Of a stretch of 64,000 nt of DNA, positions 12,335 through 25,493 are shown piece after piece. Source of the stretch: Octopus sinensis. Taxonomy: Eukaryota. Position numbers and translations under genes: made by a program. The notes under the pieces are model-generated. The model did no database searches and was not told where the DNA came from. It worked only from the letters and a program-made list of their open reading frames with translations. The stretch's first letter is position 1. Each line of letters starts with the position of its first letter. The stretch is taken from positions 20,150,001-20,214,000 of the forward strand of contig NC_043012.1 in the NCBI RefSeq assembly GCF_006345805.1. The letters are read 5' to 3'.

Positions 12335-12667
12335 TGTGTGCGGGTGGCACGCAAAAATCTCCATTCGAGTGTTGGGCCTCACGAGGCATTGACGGCGACA
12401 TTTGGCATTATGTTGTGCTTGAGAAGAAGACCCATCAAGCCAAGTAAATTCGCAGTCTTGGAAGATACTGGTGTCATGCAAATGGCACCAGTGCCAGTGG
12501 CATGTGAAATCGCCCATTATACTTTCGGAGTGGTTGGCATTCGGAAGGGCATCTAACTGTAGAAACCATGCAAGATCAGTTTTGATTCTGGTGCAGCCTT
12601 CCAGCTTCCCAGCCCTGATGAAACCAAGCAGCCAGCGTGGACAACGGACATTAAATGATGATGATAA
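12335..12667 (+). mobile_element. 3' part of a SINE with RTE-type tail
   Basis: ggtggcacg subunits, gagtggttggcattcggaagggcatc..gtagaaac, ending cggacattaaatgatgatgat. Confidence 0.7.
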
Positions 12668-13077
12668 GTAGGAGGAGGAGAAAGAGGAAGAGGTGGAGGT
12701 GGAGGAGGATAATCCTTTTGCATATATTTATTATTTTCTTTTGAATTGAATTTCTCCATCAATTTTCTATATTTTTATTATTGTTTTATAGCAAATAATG
12801 TTATGATACTGTTTGATAGTCAAAAATATTTCCTGCCATCTGGTTACTTTTCATTATCGTCTTGGTGTATTTCTCAAATTTCTATATGGTAACTTGAAGA
12901 TTTTCTTAACGTAGGCTTTCGTATTACAATTTTCTCGAGTAAATATATCCATTCTATTCCTTCCATTAAAATATAACATTTGGATTCTTAGGTGTTTAAG
13001 TATTTATTGTCAAAAACGTAAACGCGACCATTTTGATGTTTACCTGCGAACATACAATAAGAATTGAATCTACTTAC

Positions 13078-13173
13078 GGTTCATCCCAAACTTTTTCCAT
13101 AGCGTCCATAATTATCATATGAGAATAGGCCAGTTTTTGCTCGAATTCTTCTATGTCCGAACATCTTTCCCAG
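13078..13173 (-). CDS. Candidate host gene exon (WERCSDIEEFEQKLAYSHMIIMDAMEKVWDE)
   Basis: Acceptor cttatatttcAG, donor GTAAGT; 96 nt; only the phase 2-2 frame is open. Confidence 0.7.
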
Positions 13174-13534
13174 CTGAAATATAAGAATGATATAAGGGAT
13201 TATTTAGTGTGAGGTTTAATATTTAGCTTATAAGCTAAAATCATAAGTATATGTATAAAGGAATGAAACTGGTAAGGAACTGCTACGTTTCGGTTTTTCA
13301 AAATTTATAAGGCACCAAAAAGCCTTGTACAGTTGTGTTCAGATTTACTCCTATTCATCTCCAGAAAAAGTTGCTTAATTTCCATAATTGAAGAGGAATA
13401 ACTAATCTTTAAAAGTTGCACTAAAATGTGTTGTTTGTTGCTAACATAGCTTTCGGAGATTTTTTCTCATTGCCGATGTACACTTAGGAATAATTAAATA
13501 TTAAAATGTCAAATATTTTCTCTCTCGTCATAAT

Positions 13535-13715
13535 GATTTCAAATTTTTGCCACAAGCTCAGCTTGAGGAAAGGGGTTGAGTCGTTTACATCGACCCCACT
13601 GAGTAACCAGTGCATATTTTATCGACCCTGAAATGATGAAAGCCAAAGTAGATCTCGCCGGGATTTTAACTTAAAATGTAGCGCAGACAAAATACTTATT
13701 TCTTTATTACCACAA
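13535..13715 (-). mobile_element. SINE B fragment
   Basis: gtcg..tacatcgacccc..tttatcgaccctgaaatgatgaaag..aaagt matches 44029-44433. Confidence 0.7.
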
Positions 13716-13964
13716 CTAATCTGCTGAAAACACAAATAATACTATTATTTTCAAACATATTGTATTTGTCGATTAGCTCAAAGTTGCAGGGGAACCATTA
13801 TTATAATGTCAGTCCAAACTCAACGTAAACGATAACTGTAGGAATATAAACCAAGTCATCATAAGACAATCGTAGTAATCAAATATACGAATGTCTATTA
13901 TGCCAAGATCCTTATTTTCTACAATATCCCTACATTAGGTTTTCCAATATGTTTTAACCCTTAA

Positions 13965-14180
13965 GGCGGTGAGCTGGCAGAAACGTTAGCACGCTGGGCG
14001 AAATTCTCAGCGGTATTTCGTTTGTTTTTACGTTGAGTTCAAATTCCACCGAGGTCGACTTTGCTTTTAATCTGTTCGGTGTCAATAAATCAAGTACCAT
14101 TTGGGTACTGGGGTCGATCTAATCGACTGGTCCCCTCCCCCAAAATTTCGGGCGTTTTACCTAAAGCAGAAAAGAATAAG
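13965..14180 (+). mobile_element. tRNA-derived SINE family B
   Basis: ggcggtgagctggcagaaacgttagcac..gagttcaaattcc (B box)..gaggtcgactttgc..ggggtcgatctaatcgac; ttaacc-like flanking duplication. Confidence 0.9.
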
Positions 14181-14364
14181 TATTAACCTTCCAATAAGAA
14201 ATTGTCGAATTCCATTGTACAAACAACCAATGAATGATTGAGTTCTGAATATATTGTGTGTCCCCAAATGTGATAAGACTCAAATTTTATCTTGATAGGT
14301 TTCATATACACATGTATCTGTAAGTATGTTTGTTTGAAATTGTTTGAAATAAACAAAAACATAC

Positions 14365-14448
14365 CTCATAAAGAAGTTTTCCCAAGCATGCTTCCTTGAC
14401 CTGTATTTCATGAGCATTAATTCCTTATCAGTTTCCTTAGCAGAAGAA
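14365..14448 (-). CDS. Candidate host gene exon (SSAKETDKELMLMKYRSRKHAWENFFM)
   Basis: Acceptor ctattttcttttTAG, donor AG|GTATGT; 84 nt, phase 2-2 open. Confidence 0.72.
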
Positions 14449-14949
14449 CTAAAAAGAAAATAGTGTGAATAGAAAATCACATATTGCAGTAGAATTATTT
14501 GAGTGTCCAAAAGGTTACTTTAAGTTTAGATGAATTAAAGTACTCTTAAGAAATGAATAGATTCTATGGCAACGTCTGGTGGGGAATAAAAGCAATCCAT
14601 TTCCGTGAGGTTTAAGAGTTCTATATGACGGTGAAGGTCAGAAATAGAAGGGGAGAATATCAGTCGATTGTATAAATGTGAGAATTTGACGGGGATTTTA
14701 TTTTATTGATCTAAAACAGCATAATGATCTTGACTTCGGTGAGATTTCAAATCACAGTGTAACAAACCTAATGTTGTATTCCAATAATTTGTGTCCGACA
14801 GTTCAACAGTTCCGGTTTGATGATGATGAAGGTGCAACATATTTAGTACAAATATCAATTTCACCTCCTTTTTAGAATATTTTATTACTAATATTTTTGT
14901 ATTTTCAAATTCAAACATATTCTAGGACAATTTTTTTTTGCTGTTTGCT

Positions 14950-15140
14950 CAAATGTGTAGGGTTTACTCTTCAGCTCGCCATTATATTTGAGCCATGGTC
15001 CACCAACATTCCTGTCCCCAGTTTCAAGGTGGCTGTGCATGAAGAATTTGGTTATTCTTTCATCACTCATCTTCACAGGATGACAAACTCAGTGCAATTG
15101 TGACTGCATATGAAGTTCTTGACTCCACATATTGTACACT
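14950..15140 (-). pseudogene. RTE-clade LINE, RT C-terminal fragment
   Basis: SQLH*VCHPVKMSDERITKFFMHSHLETGDRNVGGPWLKY resembles the RTE motif QLRWAGHV.RM.D.R.PK..L.G.R..GRP. Confidence 0.75.
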
Positions 15141-15145
15141 TAATA

Positions 15146-15344
15146 CAGTTCTATATTTAAGAGATGGGGAATTATGTACATTATTTAGATTATTTACAAT
15201 GGGCGGATATTTGTTCTCATCTTCTTTGTCGTTACTACTACGCCATATATGTCCGTTGGTATATGCCGTAGTGGTTAAGAGTGCGAGTTACTTACCACAA
15301 GATTCCGAGTTCGATTCCAGGCAGTGACCTGACTACTACTACTA

Positions 15345-15416
<72 letters not shown>

Positions 15417-15434
15417 GTAATAATAATAATAATT
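15146..15434 (+). mobile_element. tRNA-headed (AAT)n element preceded by an inverted copy of its own 3' tail
   Basis: 15146-15240 is the reverse complement of ~31300-31395; then A box (tgccgtagtggtt) and B box (gagttcgattcc), then (TAC)n(AAT)n. The head matches 30045-30077. Confidence 0.75.
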
Positions 15435-15684
15435 AGCAATTTAACAAACTAAAGGCAAGCTAATAGCGACCACTAAAGTTTGCATCAAATTCCAAAATCG
15501 TTGATTTGGCTATATCCGTTAGGGGCTTACCTCCCCTTGTCAGATTTGTGGCTATTTATGTTGTTTTTACTCTTATTCCAAGCAATACTTGTACTAATTA
15601 ATACCCTCTGTCACTTTAATGATCTCTCTCTATCTCTCTCTCATTGGTAGCTAAATATTTTTCCTTTTGCTTCAGCAAGGTAAC

Positions 15685-15707
15685 CAGCTGTATTCGTATG
15701 TAGTACT
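15685..15707 (-). CDS. Candidate host gene 23-nt microexon (STTYEYS)
   Basis: Acceptor gaattcttgcAG; phase 0->2 is exactly what is needed between 16699 and 14448, but the donor TG|GTTACC is weak. Confidence 0.3.
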
Positions 15708-16184
15708 CTGCAAGAATTCGTCAAGTAAACCACATGGGACTGTTGATGCCCGACTTCATTTGGTATGAGAAATCCACAGGTATTTGCGAGATAGTACGAG
15801 AGTTGAAGATAGATACACGCAAAGGTGGAGGTATCTTATTAGAATGTCTTAATTCTTAACTCCCACAATAGCAACGTTTGCAAAGTTCATGCACATAGTT
15901 ATCATTTGGGAGCACGTTGACGTACAGCCATATTTTTAAACATATGTGTGTGTGTGTGTTGTGTGGGCGTGTGTGTGTGCGTGTGTGTGTGTGTGGTGTG
16001 TGTGTGTGTGTGTGTGTGAGAGTGTACGTATATTACTCCGTAGACAATAGGTAGATCTTTCCATTTGCCGAACGGTATCCAACAGGATATTTTCAAGGAC
16101 TCCTTGACAATGAGTAGCACTTTCGCCATGAAATATACAATATAAAATATATTATTATTATTATTATTGTTTTTACGTATTATT

Positions 16185-16448
16185 TTTGTATTCATATTCG
16201 TGTAACATCGTCCGTTTTTCTGTCCTTGTTTCGTATACATTCGAAGCTTTCTTCCAAGGAATCTAATGCGCTTAGCTTAGTTTTTTTCCTTGGGGCTGGC
16301 CAGATTGGCGCAATCTCAAGATTAACCAGCCGAAATTGCGAGGATGCTCCGGTTCTTGACTGAAGATTGAAGGCTTCGAATGTCCCGTCCGTGTTTTTTG
16401 TATCGTATTCTAGATGTTTTGCGTTCTTGTTCCAGTTTGTATTTTTTA
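16185..16448 (+). repeat. Dispersed pLTR-like repeat with hammerhead-shaped remnants
   Basis: Stem ggctgg/ccagcc followed by GAAA; later CTGAAGA..ttcGAA; partial copy at 7445-7575; lies between microsatellites. Confidence 0.55.
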
Positions 16449-16449
16449 T

Positions 16450-16528
<79 letters not shown>

Positions 16529-16698
16529 GACAGACAAACAGAGACACGGAGAGAGAGACACGCACACATCTACATACTACATCTACATACTTCAGCGTAT
16601 ATGCATTTCTTTTTTTTACTTGTTTAGAGAAAGACAAGCAATAAAAATAAATTATGATATATAAAATATATCAACATCAACAAATATTGATTGCTTAC

Positions 16699-16827
16699 GT
16701 GTAAGGAACGCAGTGGATAATCAGGCCAAATATTATGTATATAATTGGCATTTTCTTCTGTATAAACTGGAACTTTACAATTGCATAAAACGATTTTATG
16801 AAATTGCAATATCACTGTGAATATGAT
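16699..16827 (-). CDS. Candidate host gene exon 2 (IIFTVILQFHKIVLCNCKVPVYTEENANYIHNIWPDYPLRSLH)
   Basis: Acceptor cattattttgcAG, donor GTAAGC; 129 nt; only phase 0-0 is open. Confidence 0.65.
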
Positions 16828-16906
16828 CTGCAAAATAATGTATAAATATGTACATGTAGATTTCAGCATGAGTAAATTTTGTTAAAAATAATCTTTACAA
16901 TTGGTA

Positions 16907-17061
16907 TAGGCGTGGCTGTCTGGTAAGAAATACCTCCCCAAACAAATGGTTCTGGGTTCAGTCCTACTGCTTAAGTGTTTTTTCTACTCTAGTTCTACCC
17001 ACCCAACCGACCAAAGAGTTGTGAGTGGATTTGGTAGAGGAAAGCTGAGAGAAAAACCGCC

Positions 17062-17062
<1 letters not shown>
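16907..17062 (+). mobile_element. SINE A 5' portion, decayed
   Basis: ggcgtggctgtctggtaag..gggttcagtcc..gtgagtggatttggtaga. Confidence 0.75.
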
Positions 17063-17120
<58 letters not shown>

Positions 17121-17606
17121 TGTGTGTGTGTGTGTGGTTGTGCTTGTGTACGTATCTGTTCATGCATTTTTCGAAGAAACATTTTCTCTATTGTAAATTG
17201 TTTATTTACAAACCAGTTCCTAGAAATTTTATTGTAAATAATAAATATAAGTATATACCCAGAATTACGCCAAATAGCAGTTTTCTGTGAATCAATTTTG
17301 GTAAAAAAAAAATTTCGAAGGTGACTTGCACATTACAGCAATTAAATTGCCGTGTATTCATTATTCTGTTTAACCCACTTTCCTTTTTTTTTTTTTCCAT
17401 ATTTTTCATATTTTGCGTGACAAACGCTGTAATTAAAATTTGAATAAAAATAATTCTTCTAGACATTTTTTTCTTTCAGGAAATTAAGGGAAATGATACA
17501 CATTAAGCATACATTGAATATATATTTAACAAAAAAAAACATAATAATGTAACATTTATTGACATAATGAATTATTTAGTCACATGAGCACCATTTCAAC
17601 AGATAC

Positions 17607-17633
17607 CTTCAAGAACCCTGGGCAAGTTGTCAT
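17607..17633 (-). CDS. Candidate host gene first coding exon (MTTCPGFLK)
   Basis: ATG at 17633, donor AG|GTATCT in phase 0; joined to exon 2 it gives a signal-peptide-like N-terminus. Confidence 0.5.
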
Positions 17634-17934
17634 ATAGACAGTAAGACGTAGACAGCTTCTACTTATAATGGGATTAGAAGTTGATAGTGAAAATTTACAT
17701 GAAAATTTAATTTAATGCATCCAAACGTACACATACACGTTTTTGCGTTTATATATGCACACGTATATGTACATACATACCCGACATCATACATGCGCGC
17801 TTCCATCATTCCCGGTGTGTACACATCTGAATTTATGTCGTCGTTTTACCTCGTTAGTTATTCATGCAGTAACGTTTTTGTTAGTACTTTTCTAGTGACA
17901 TACGGTAGCATTCAAAGTATTATATACTAGCATT

Positions 17935-18000
17935 AAAGATTGAAACCACAATCCTATGACCGTGAGTCTGCTGCCCTAACCACTGGGCCACTGCGCCTCC
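17935..18000 (-). mobile_element. SINE C tRNA-like head only
   Basis: tcctatgaccgtgagtctgctgccctaaccactgggccactgcgcc matches 37010-37055. Confidence 0.8.
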
Positions 18001-18412
18001 ACACACACACACACTTACATAGATAATAGATAGTAACAATTTTATGTTCATATGTTTTAGTGGCTAACCCCTGTTTATATTTGTTAATGCTGGGTATGTT
18101 TGTGTAATTGTTTGGGTTGCAGTGACTATCATACGTTCGTATAGCTGTTCGTGCGCATATCGTTTCTAGGTGTTAAAATCCCTTTAACAGGTTCTATAAG
18201 ACTGGAATTTTGGAATATGCGCATAAAAATCAGTAGTATGGGATACATGTGGAACGATTGCAATTTTGTTTGGGTGTGTAAAGAGGGAAATAACCCACAT
18301 CTGCAATTTTGATGAAATTCGAAACAGGTATTCCAGTTCATTATAGAAAATATATCCGAAAAGTCTAATTCTTCAATTGTATGTAACTCAGGTAACTCTG
18401 CTAGTATATATA

Positions 18413-18467
<55 letters not shown>

Positions 18468-18486
18468 GAATGTATGTATGTGTGTG

Positions 18487-18518
<32 letters not shown>

Positions 18519-18619
18519 TGAAGCATGTGAACAATGAAAGTGTACGTGTTTAAGACGAACATACATGCGACTATATATAAATATATGTATATAACATATA
18601 TGCAGGAGGCATTTTATAT

Positions 18620-19580
18620 ATTTTAATTTCGCCCAAGCCCATTTTTTTTTCGATTTGACGACTACACAGTATATTAGGGTCAGTTGGGTATTGTCTGTGA
18701 AATCAACAGCACCATAACGCAATTTACGCTGCCCGAAATTTGAAAACGACATGCTGTACTGCTTGGCATTCAAGACGGAACCTCCAATATGGACATTTCA
18801 GAGTATTTGGGTATAGATATGAGGTTCCAGAGGATTCCAAAGGAGCTGGATGAGTCTAATTCTAATGGAGATTGCCAAGGTACAGTAGTTCGGAAAATTC
18901 ACTCTGATAATTCTGTTAAGAAAATAACCCCTGACTCTGCTGGCGAGATCCAGACCATGATCGACAACGATACCTTCAAGTGAATCAAGGACATCGCCAC
19001 ATACATGGGAGTGTCTGAGTTTCTTATCAAGCAGGTAGTGCATGAAGATATTTAATATTCCTCATACAAGATAAGAAATGGTCAATTATTATCACCAGCA
19101 CTCCAGAACAAGATCGTTACGAACCTTGAGAACAAACACAATCATCCCTCCAACAGGGTTTGATTTTTCTCACACGAGTAACATTTCTGCCAGAATCAGA
19201 TGGTGAGCACACAGAAATATCCCTATCAAACATCTAGTCAACATTAAAGTGTTTGGAGTGATCAACAGTGATTGGAATGTTATGAATCCATTCATCTTCC
19301 CACACGGCCACACACGCAATACAGAAGCCTACATCAAGTGCCTGGAGAATGTAGTGTAGCACCGGGTCAAAAGGGTGGCTGCTGGAAAACCCTGTCAGGC
19401 AACAGAACTCCACGCCATGCCGCACATGCAGGAAAACATCTCATGGCTGTCAGACAATTTCAGCGACCACATAACCTCTAACATCAGGCAAAAATACTTC
19501 CCAGACAGCAAGAGCTTTTATTAGTATGTATGGGATGCAGGTGTGCGAGTGACCAAAAAAACTCTTTGTAACACCGAGAG
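18620..19580 (+). pseudogene. Decayed Tc1/mariner transposase (maT/DD37D-like)
   Basis: Relics RHAVLLGI..MGVSEFLIKQVVHEDI..VFGVINSD.NVMNPFIFPHG..TEAYIKCLE..SWLSDNF..YVW; many stops and frameshifts. Confidence 0.8.
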
Positions 19581-19630
19581 CGATGTATGATACGTAACTT
19601 AAAATTGTAACTTAAAATTGTTACCAGTCA

Positions 19631-19970
19631 CAGAATGTAGTCTATAGTATAAGATGTATAGAGGGACGATGTATAAGATGTATAGAGTAACAAGACAACT
19701 ACATATGTAGGTGAAACGGCAAGAAGCATAAGAGGGCGGGTAAATGTCCATTGGAGAGAACTAAAGGAAGGTAAAAGCTCATCGATTCTGTACCAACATG
19801 CCGAACAGGAACACAGGGGATCAATCAACAGCATAGAAATTAAAATATTGTCCACACATAGAACAAATGCAACAATCAGACAACTTACAGAAGCTACACA
19901 CATAATAGAAGATAAACCTAGCCTGAATAGGAAACTGGAATGGAACACTAGCACATACCACAACATATGA
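19631..19970 (+). pseudogene. Penelope-like GIY-YIG endonuclease domain
   Basis: QNVVYSIRC / TTYVGETARSIRGRVNVH..ILYQHAEQEH..RQLTEATHI..LNRKLEW*; 19686-19970 is open; frameshift at a short local duplication (gtataagatgtatagag x2). Confidence 0.85.
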
Positions 19971-20097
19971 CGGTAGGGGATACCCATAAACTGGTTACAA
20001 TATAAACAAAACGGCAAACATAATAAATAAAATACACAGATAAAAAAATAAATAGAAATAAATAACTATATGAGTTTTTTTAATTTAAAAGATTTTC

Positions 20098-20141
<44 letters not shown>

Positions 20142-20601
20142 TAGTATTGTTGTTATACATACGTACATACAAGCATACGTAATAATAATAGTAATAAGTG
20201 GCTGTAAACACATGAACAAAATAAGAATAAACAAAAACAACGAAAACAAATTACATGAACGTATATAAACAGAAGATACAAATATTACAGGCATCCCCCA
20301 CGCACACACACACTAAATAAACATTGACGCACATAGAGATATAAGCATGCGCAAAGACATACAGTAGAAATACAAAATGGCTGACGGTTAGTAAGGAGAG
20401 ACAAAATAAGAAAGAAGAAAACAAAAGACTACTGGGGCGGTCACAGGAGTGTGACGAAAGAACTCTGGCCGAAATAAGATTAAGATTAATGTAAAAAATA
20501 AATAACACCAAATATATAGTTCGTGTGTTTTTATTGGCTAAACTGGCAAAATGACCATTCCGAAATATAACAATATAAATACATATATATCTACATATGT
20601 T

Positions 20602-20646
<45 letters not shown>

Positions 20647-21047
20647 ATATAATTAAATATGAAATATATTATATATATGATATATATATACTTATATTTT
20701 GTACAAAATAAGGTTTTGTTCCTTCAACATAATTGAAGTAAGGACAGGCTTCGTATTGATCATCAAACTGACAGTTGAAATAGATCTTTTTCAAAGCTCA
20801 GTTTGATGAACAATGCCATCTCTTGTGAGAACAAAACGTTATTTTGTACAAAATTGTACAAGATCTTTATTATCATGGGTCTAATATATTCTTAAATCCT
20901 GTAAAACATATCTTCTGTGTTTTTTTTCATATATATGTTCCTATTATTTCTGTAATCAAGATACATCCAATAGAAAATTATAGATCGGTAGCCACTACAG
21001 ACATTCTTTTTCTCTACTTGTTTCTATCCTTATTTTTTTCTGTGTCC

Positions 21048-21083
21048 CTTTCTGTAGAAGACCGTAGGATCGAAACGTAAAAG
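21048..21083 (+). ncRNA. Degenerate minimal hammerhead
   Basis: cttt CTGTAGA a gacc gtag gatc GAAA C GTA aaag; A6 is substituted; ~95-bp tail then (TA)n. Confidence 0.5.
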
Positions 21084-21218
21084 GCTTTTTCAATTCCTGA
21101 ACGTTATACTAATACACCTGTTTGTTTTTATACACCAACTGTTTTCGTCTTTTGTTTTCTTCGTGAGCTCTCCCAATATATATATATGTATGTGTATATA
21201 TATATATATTCACAGGCT

Positions 21219-21281
<63 letters not shown>

Positions 21282-21506
21282 TAAATGCGTATATAGATAT
21301 CGAAAAGAGATTGTAATTCTGTGATTGTATGTGCAATATTATCTTCCACTTATATAGCATATATCTACATACATATGTGTGTGTGCATGTATATATATAT
21401 ATATATACACAGATATATATATATATATATGCATGGATGTATATGGATGTGTGTATGCGAATCTGTGTGTGCTCGCGTATGCATCTGTATATGTCTTTGT
21501 GTGTGC

Positions 21507-21652
21507 ATTGTAATCAATAATGATAATCAAGATTAACACATTAATCATTAATTCAGGATTACATAATACAAAGGCCGAAACTACCCGTCGCAAACAATTG
21601 TTTACGAGATGTCTCTCCTCTCTCTCTCTCTCTCTCTCTCTGTATTAGTTGG

Positions 21653-21685
<33 letters not shown>

Positions 21686-22045
21686 TATATATATATAGGT
21701 AAAACAACATATATATCATTAGAGTTTAAGTGGCAAACAGCTGGATAGATGCGATGTAATAACAGACTGATAAGATCAGTGGATAAATGTAACGGCGTGC
21801 GACAAAAACAAATTATATTTCAAAAACGGAAAAAGCAGTGTGCACAGGTAACTGTACACCGATTAAAAGAACGATAAATGTAAAATGGACTTACGTTTCA
21901 GTGGAAACTCTTAGCAATGCAACGAGCAAAACTGAAGCTAGAAACAAAAACGCAAACGAAACGAAGTTTACGTTTTCAAGTGAAGGCAATAAACAGAGTA
22001 GTTGGAACGAGGCGTATAAGCCTGTGAAATATTAAGAGCAATCTA
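21507..22045. repeat. Local direct duplication, copy 1 (copy 2 at 25494-25990)
   Basis: High-identity match by eye over ~500 bp of non-microsatellite sequence. Confidence 0.92.
21895..22021 (-). other. Candidate upstream (5'UTR?) exon inside the duplication
   Basis: Acceptor tatttcacAG, donor GTAAGT; 127 nt; no ATG; one open, hydrophobic frame. Confidence 0.4.
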
Positions 22046-23883
22046 TATGATATATCAAAAATTGTTTTAAAGATAATTGTATACAGTGACGAAAATCACA
22101 AAGATCAACGCCAATTCACAAACATATTCTGAAAATATCAAAAAATAACAAAATCCATGACTAATTAAATGTAGGTCTCGATCAAAACTCCGCCAAATGC
22201 TCAAGTATGTTCCGGACGGAATAGCTGTCCCACCCTTCGTTTTTTATTGTATTCCACATTCTGAAACGAATTCAATTCGTATTAAAAAGAAAAAAAGAAA
22301 AATCTCGCCACCTTATATCGTACCTCTCCCAAAATTTTGCGCATTTGATATATTTTCGTTTATGTGAAATAATAATAAAATTTAAGAAATTTGGCTGTTA
22401 ATTCTAGCATGTGGAGAGACCGTCTACGCTTAACTTATATGTGTTGGTTGAAAATTACCTAACAAAACTTCTAGGGTCGTTACATTTGACTAAACTTTTT
22501 TTTAAAGCATGACCCAGCATTACCGAGGTCAATTGATTTAACATATACAAGGGAAAGAAAAACACCAAATAAATACGTAATATATTACTGAGGTGGTTTT
22601 GACTTGGCTTCAAAAACAATTCTGTGTTCCATACAGTTGTCTTATAATACTGCAAGGTCCCTCGGCATGGTCACAGTCTAATAACTGCAATAAGTAAAAA
22701 GGAAAACAACTCTAGGGGTCGATATGTTCAACTAAAATTCTTCAAGGCTACAGACTAAAGATTGAAACAAGTAAAAGGGGTGAAAAAATGAAAGATAACC
22801 CAAAACTATAACCGAGTGGGATTTGTTCACTTTCACTCTTTAACTCTGGGGGTTTTGTCCTAGTTGGGGTTTGTCCTACACTAGAACATAGATGTTTGTT
22901 TTAGAAATATTCAATTTGTAATGTGCTGGTTTGTTTTTGGATTAATCTTAACTTTGTGCCATAATTTTTTTTTATTTTGAGAAATATTTAATTTGTAATG
23001 TGCTGTTTATCGCATTAAGTGAATATTGACTGCTTAAAAATATAAAATACGTGTTGTTTACTCGGTTTTTCTTTTTAGTCACTGAGATGGTTGTGAAGTG
23101 TGCTAAAAATAACAGCTAAATAGGGCTTATATCATGCACCCCTACATTTTTTTGTGTTTTGCATGTTTGTATGAAGACCCGTGAATATATTACAAATTCG
23201 CAAAAACTTTCATGAAAAATCCGAAATATATATATAATGCTATGAGCGGTTTATATGGTATTCTTAAAGCTCTGTTCACAGTTATTTTCGAATTTTTGCC
23301 ACAATGTAAGCATTTTTATGCATGGCATTATATATTCATTTCTACTTTACCTGATACAATTCCCCTCAAATATAATTTTACTTGAAACAAGATGCTTCTG
23401 TGACAACCTGTTGTTATATGGTACATAAGGGAGAAAAAAGTGACTGAAAATGTCCCTTTATTTTATCAATTTTCGTTGTTCACACATGTACTTGTGGTGT
23501 TTGGCTTTTTTATCATTGTGAAAATAGAATAGAGGAGAGAGAAGAGTTCCTTTTTTTAAAATATTAGTTGAAAATGTTTTAGAATATAAAATACAATAAC
23601 ATTTTTTGAAACTAGTAAGGAAAAAAATATCGAGAAATCAGAAAGTACACATTTTGCTCCAGTTAGCTATTTAGTATAAAGAAAATGGATAGATGTAAAA
23701 AAAAAAGACATTCGAACATATATGCAATGATTTTAAAGCCCAAAGCAAGTGCTTTTAGCTGTTGAGGAATGTAGATTTACAATTAAAACAAAAATCAAAA
23801 TCTAAATTTTGGAACATATTTTGTATTTATCTGTTAGGAAGATTTCAAAGACTTACTGAAATAATAAAGATTAGCAGTGCTAA

Positions 23884-23914
<31 letters not shown>

Positions 23915-24290
23915 TGTGTGTGTGCGTGTGTGTGTGTGTGTGTCTGTGTGCGTCTGTATGTGTGCCCTTTTATTTTGTAATGGTCAGTTTAAGGTCATGA
24001 TTGGACAGTCGCACTGGAAAAATGAATTCAACTAGACAATAAAACTTATTTTTTAGCCTATTTCTCTATATACATTCATACATACATACACACGCATGCA
24101 TACATGCATGCATACATATATACATACATACATGCATACATACACACACATACATCTACATACATATATGGTTTTTATTTTTCTTTGTCACTTCCCTGGC
24201 ACCATGCTGCTATTGGAGACAGATGTCTGAAAGGGAACTTAAACTAAAGAGAATTAAACGTTTTTTTTCTGTTTATTTCATTTTCTTGCC

Positions 24291-24331
<41 letters not shown>

Positions 24332-25205
24332 AACACAGAAATGCACATACATTCATACATTCCTACATTTATTCATTCATTCATACACACTTAAATACAT
24401 ACATTTTTTTCCCCACTTTTCTTTGTCGTTTCACTGGCACCCTCCTTTTTGTAGGTGAATGGTATAGAAATAAAATTTTTTCTCAGTCTATTTCGTTTTA
24501 TCAGCCTCCTCTTCATTGCAAAATATAAAAAGAAAAATATTGAGGGAATGTAGGGTATGGCCGATCGGAATAGGTGACCGTCTGAAAGGCATGTTCTCTG
24601 TCGTCGCTCCTTTACTGCCATTATGGGCCCTGAAGCCCAAGCTTAATCAGTTTTATAGTAGATCCGCCACTGGTCAAAACCGCTATAAACCCATTTAAAT
24701 TACTTATATTATTTCCCCTTCACGATAAAAGGTGTCTGCAGGCGACATGACAAATAGAATCTACAACTTAAAATTAACTGGTTAATTCCCTATTGCAATT
24801 TCAACGTTAGGAACCTATTAAGGAATTCATTCGTTTCTTAAGGATATATTCCTGTGAATAGAAATCAAAAGAAGATCTTACCTTGGAGCTAATAGGTATC
24901 CCGAACACCAAGAGAAATGTGCCAACCTCTTTCTACGCATTCAAGTTATGAATTCAAATGCCATGCACAGCGTTTATGAAAAAAAAAACGGTAAATTCGA
25001 GCCTTCGCAAAGCCACTAGATATGAGTAGGGAAATTTAAATAAATAAAAAGTTATGTAAAGTTACATTACGGACGATATATAATAAACAATTAATAATTA
25101 TTTATTAATATATCAATGGGCAAACATTTTATCATAAAGCACGAAGAAAAATGTTTATAATTATAAACAAGTCACAATTATAACAAAAACGGTTTCAAAA
25201 CCCTT

Positions 25206-25395
25206 ACATGTTTAGAAATAGCAGTCAAAACCGCAATGAAGCCATTTAAATCACTCATATCATTTTTCTTCATGATCAAAGCTGTCTGCGGGTGACATGA
25301 CAAATAGAATCCACAACTTTAAAATAACTTAAGAGAAATATTGTGAGCGATTTGAATAGCTTTATAACGGTTTTGACTGCTATTTCTAAACATAT
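25206..25395. mobile_element. MITE with ~50-bp TIRs (partial second copy at 24667-24790)
   Basis: atgtttagaaatagcagtcaaaaccg / cggttttgactgctatttctaaacat. Confidence 0.8.
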
Positions 25396-25493
25396 ATATA
25401 TATATATATAAAGAGAGAGAGAGAGAGAGATATACAAACACACACACACATATACGACACATATGTGTGTTTGTATATGTATGTATTAGTGTG

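Noticed and set aside
15678-15764. Plus-strand exon-like segment (also ~6061, 40972, 50692, 59422)
   Set aside because: Isolated AG/GT pairs with no phase-consistent chain; expected by chance in AT-rich DNA.
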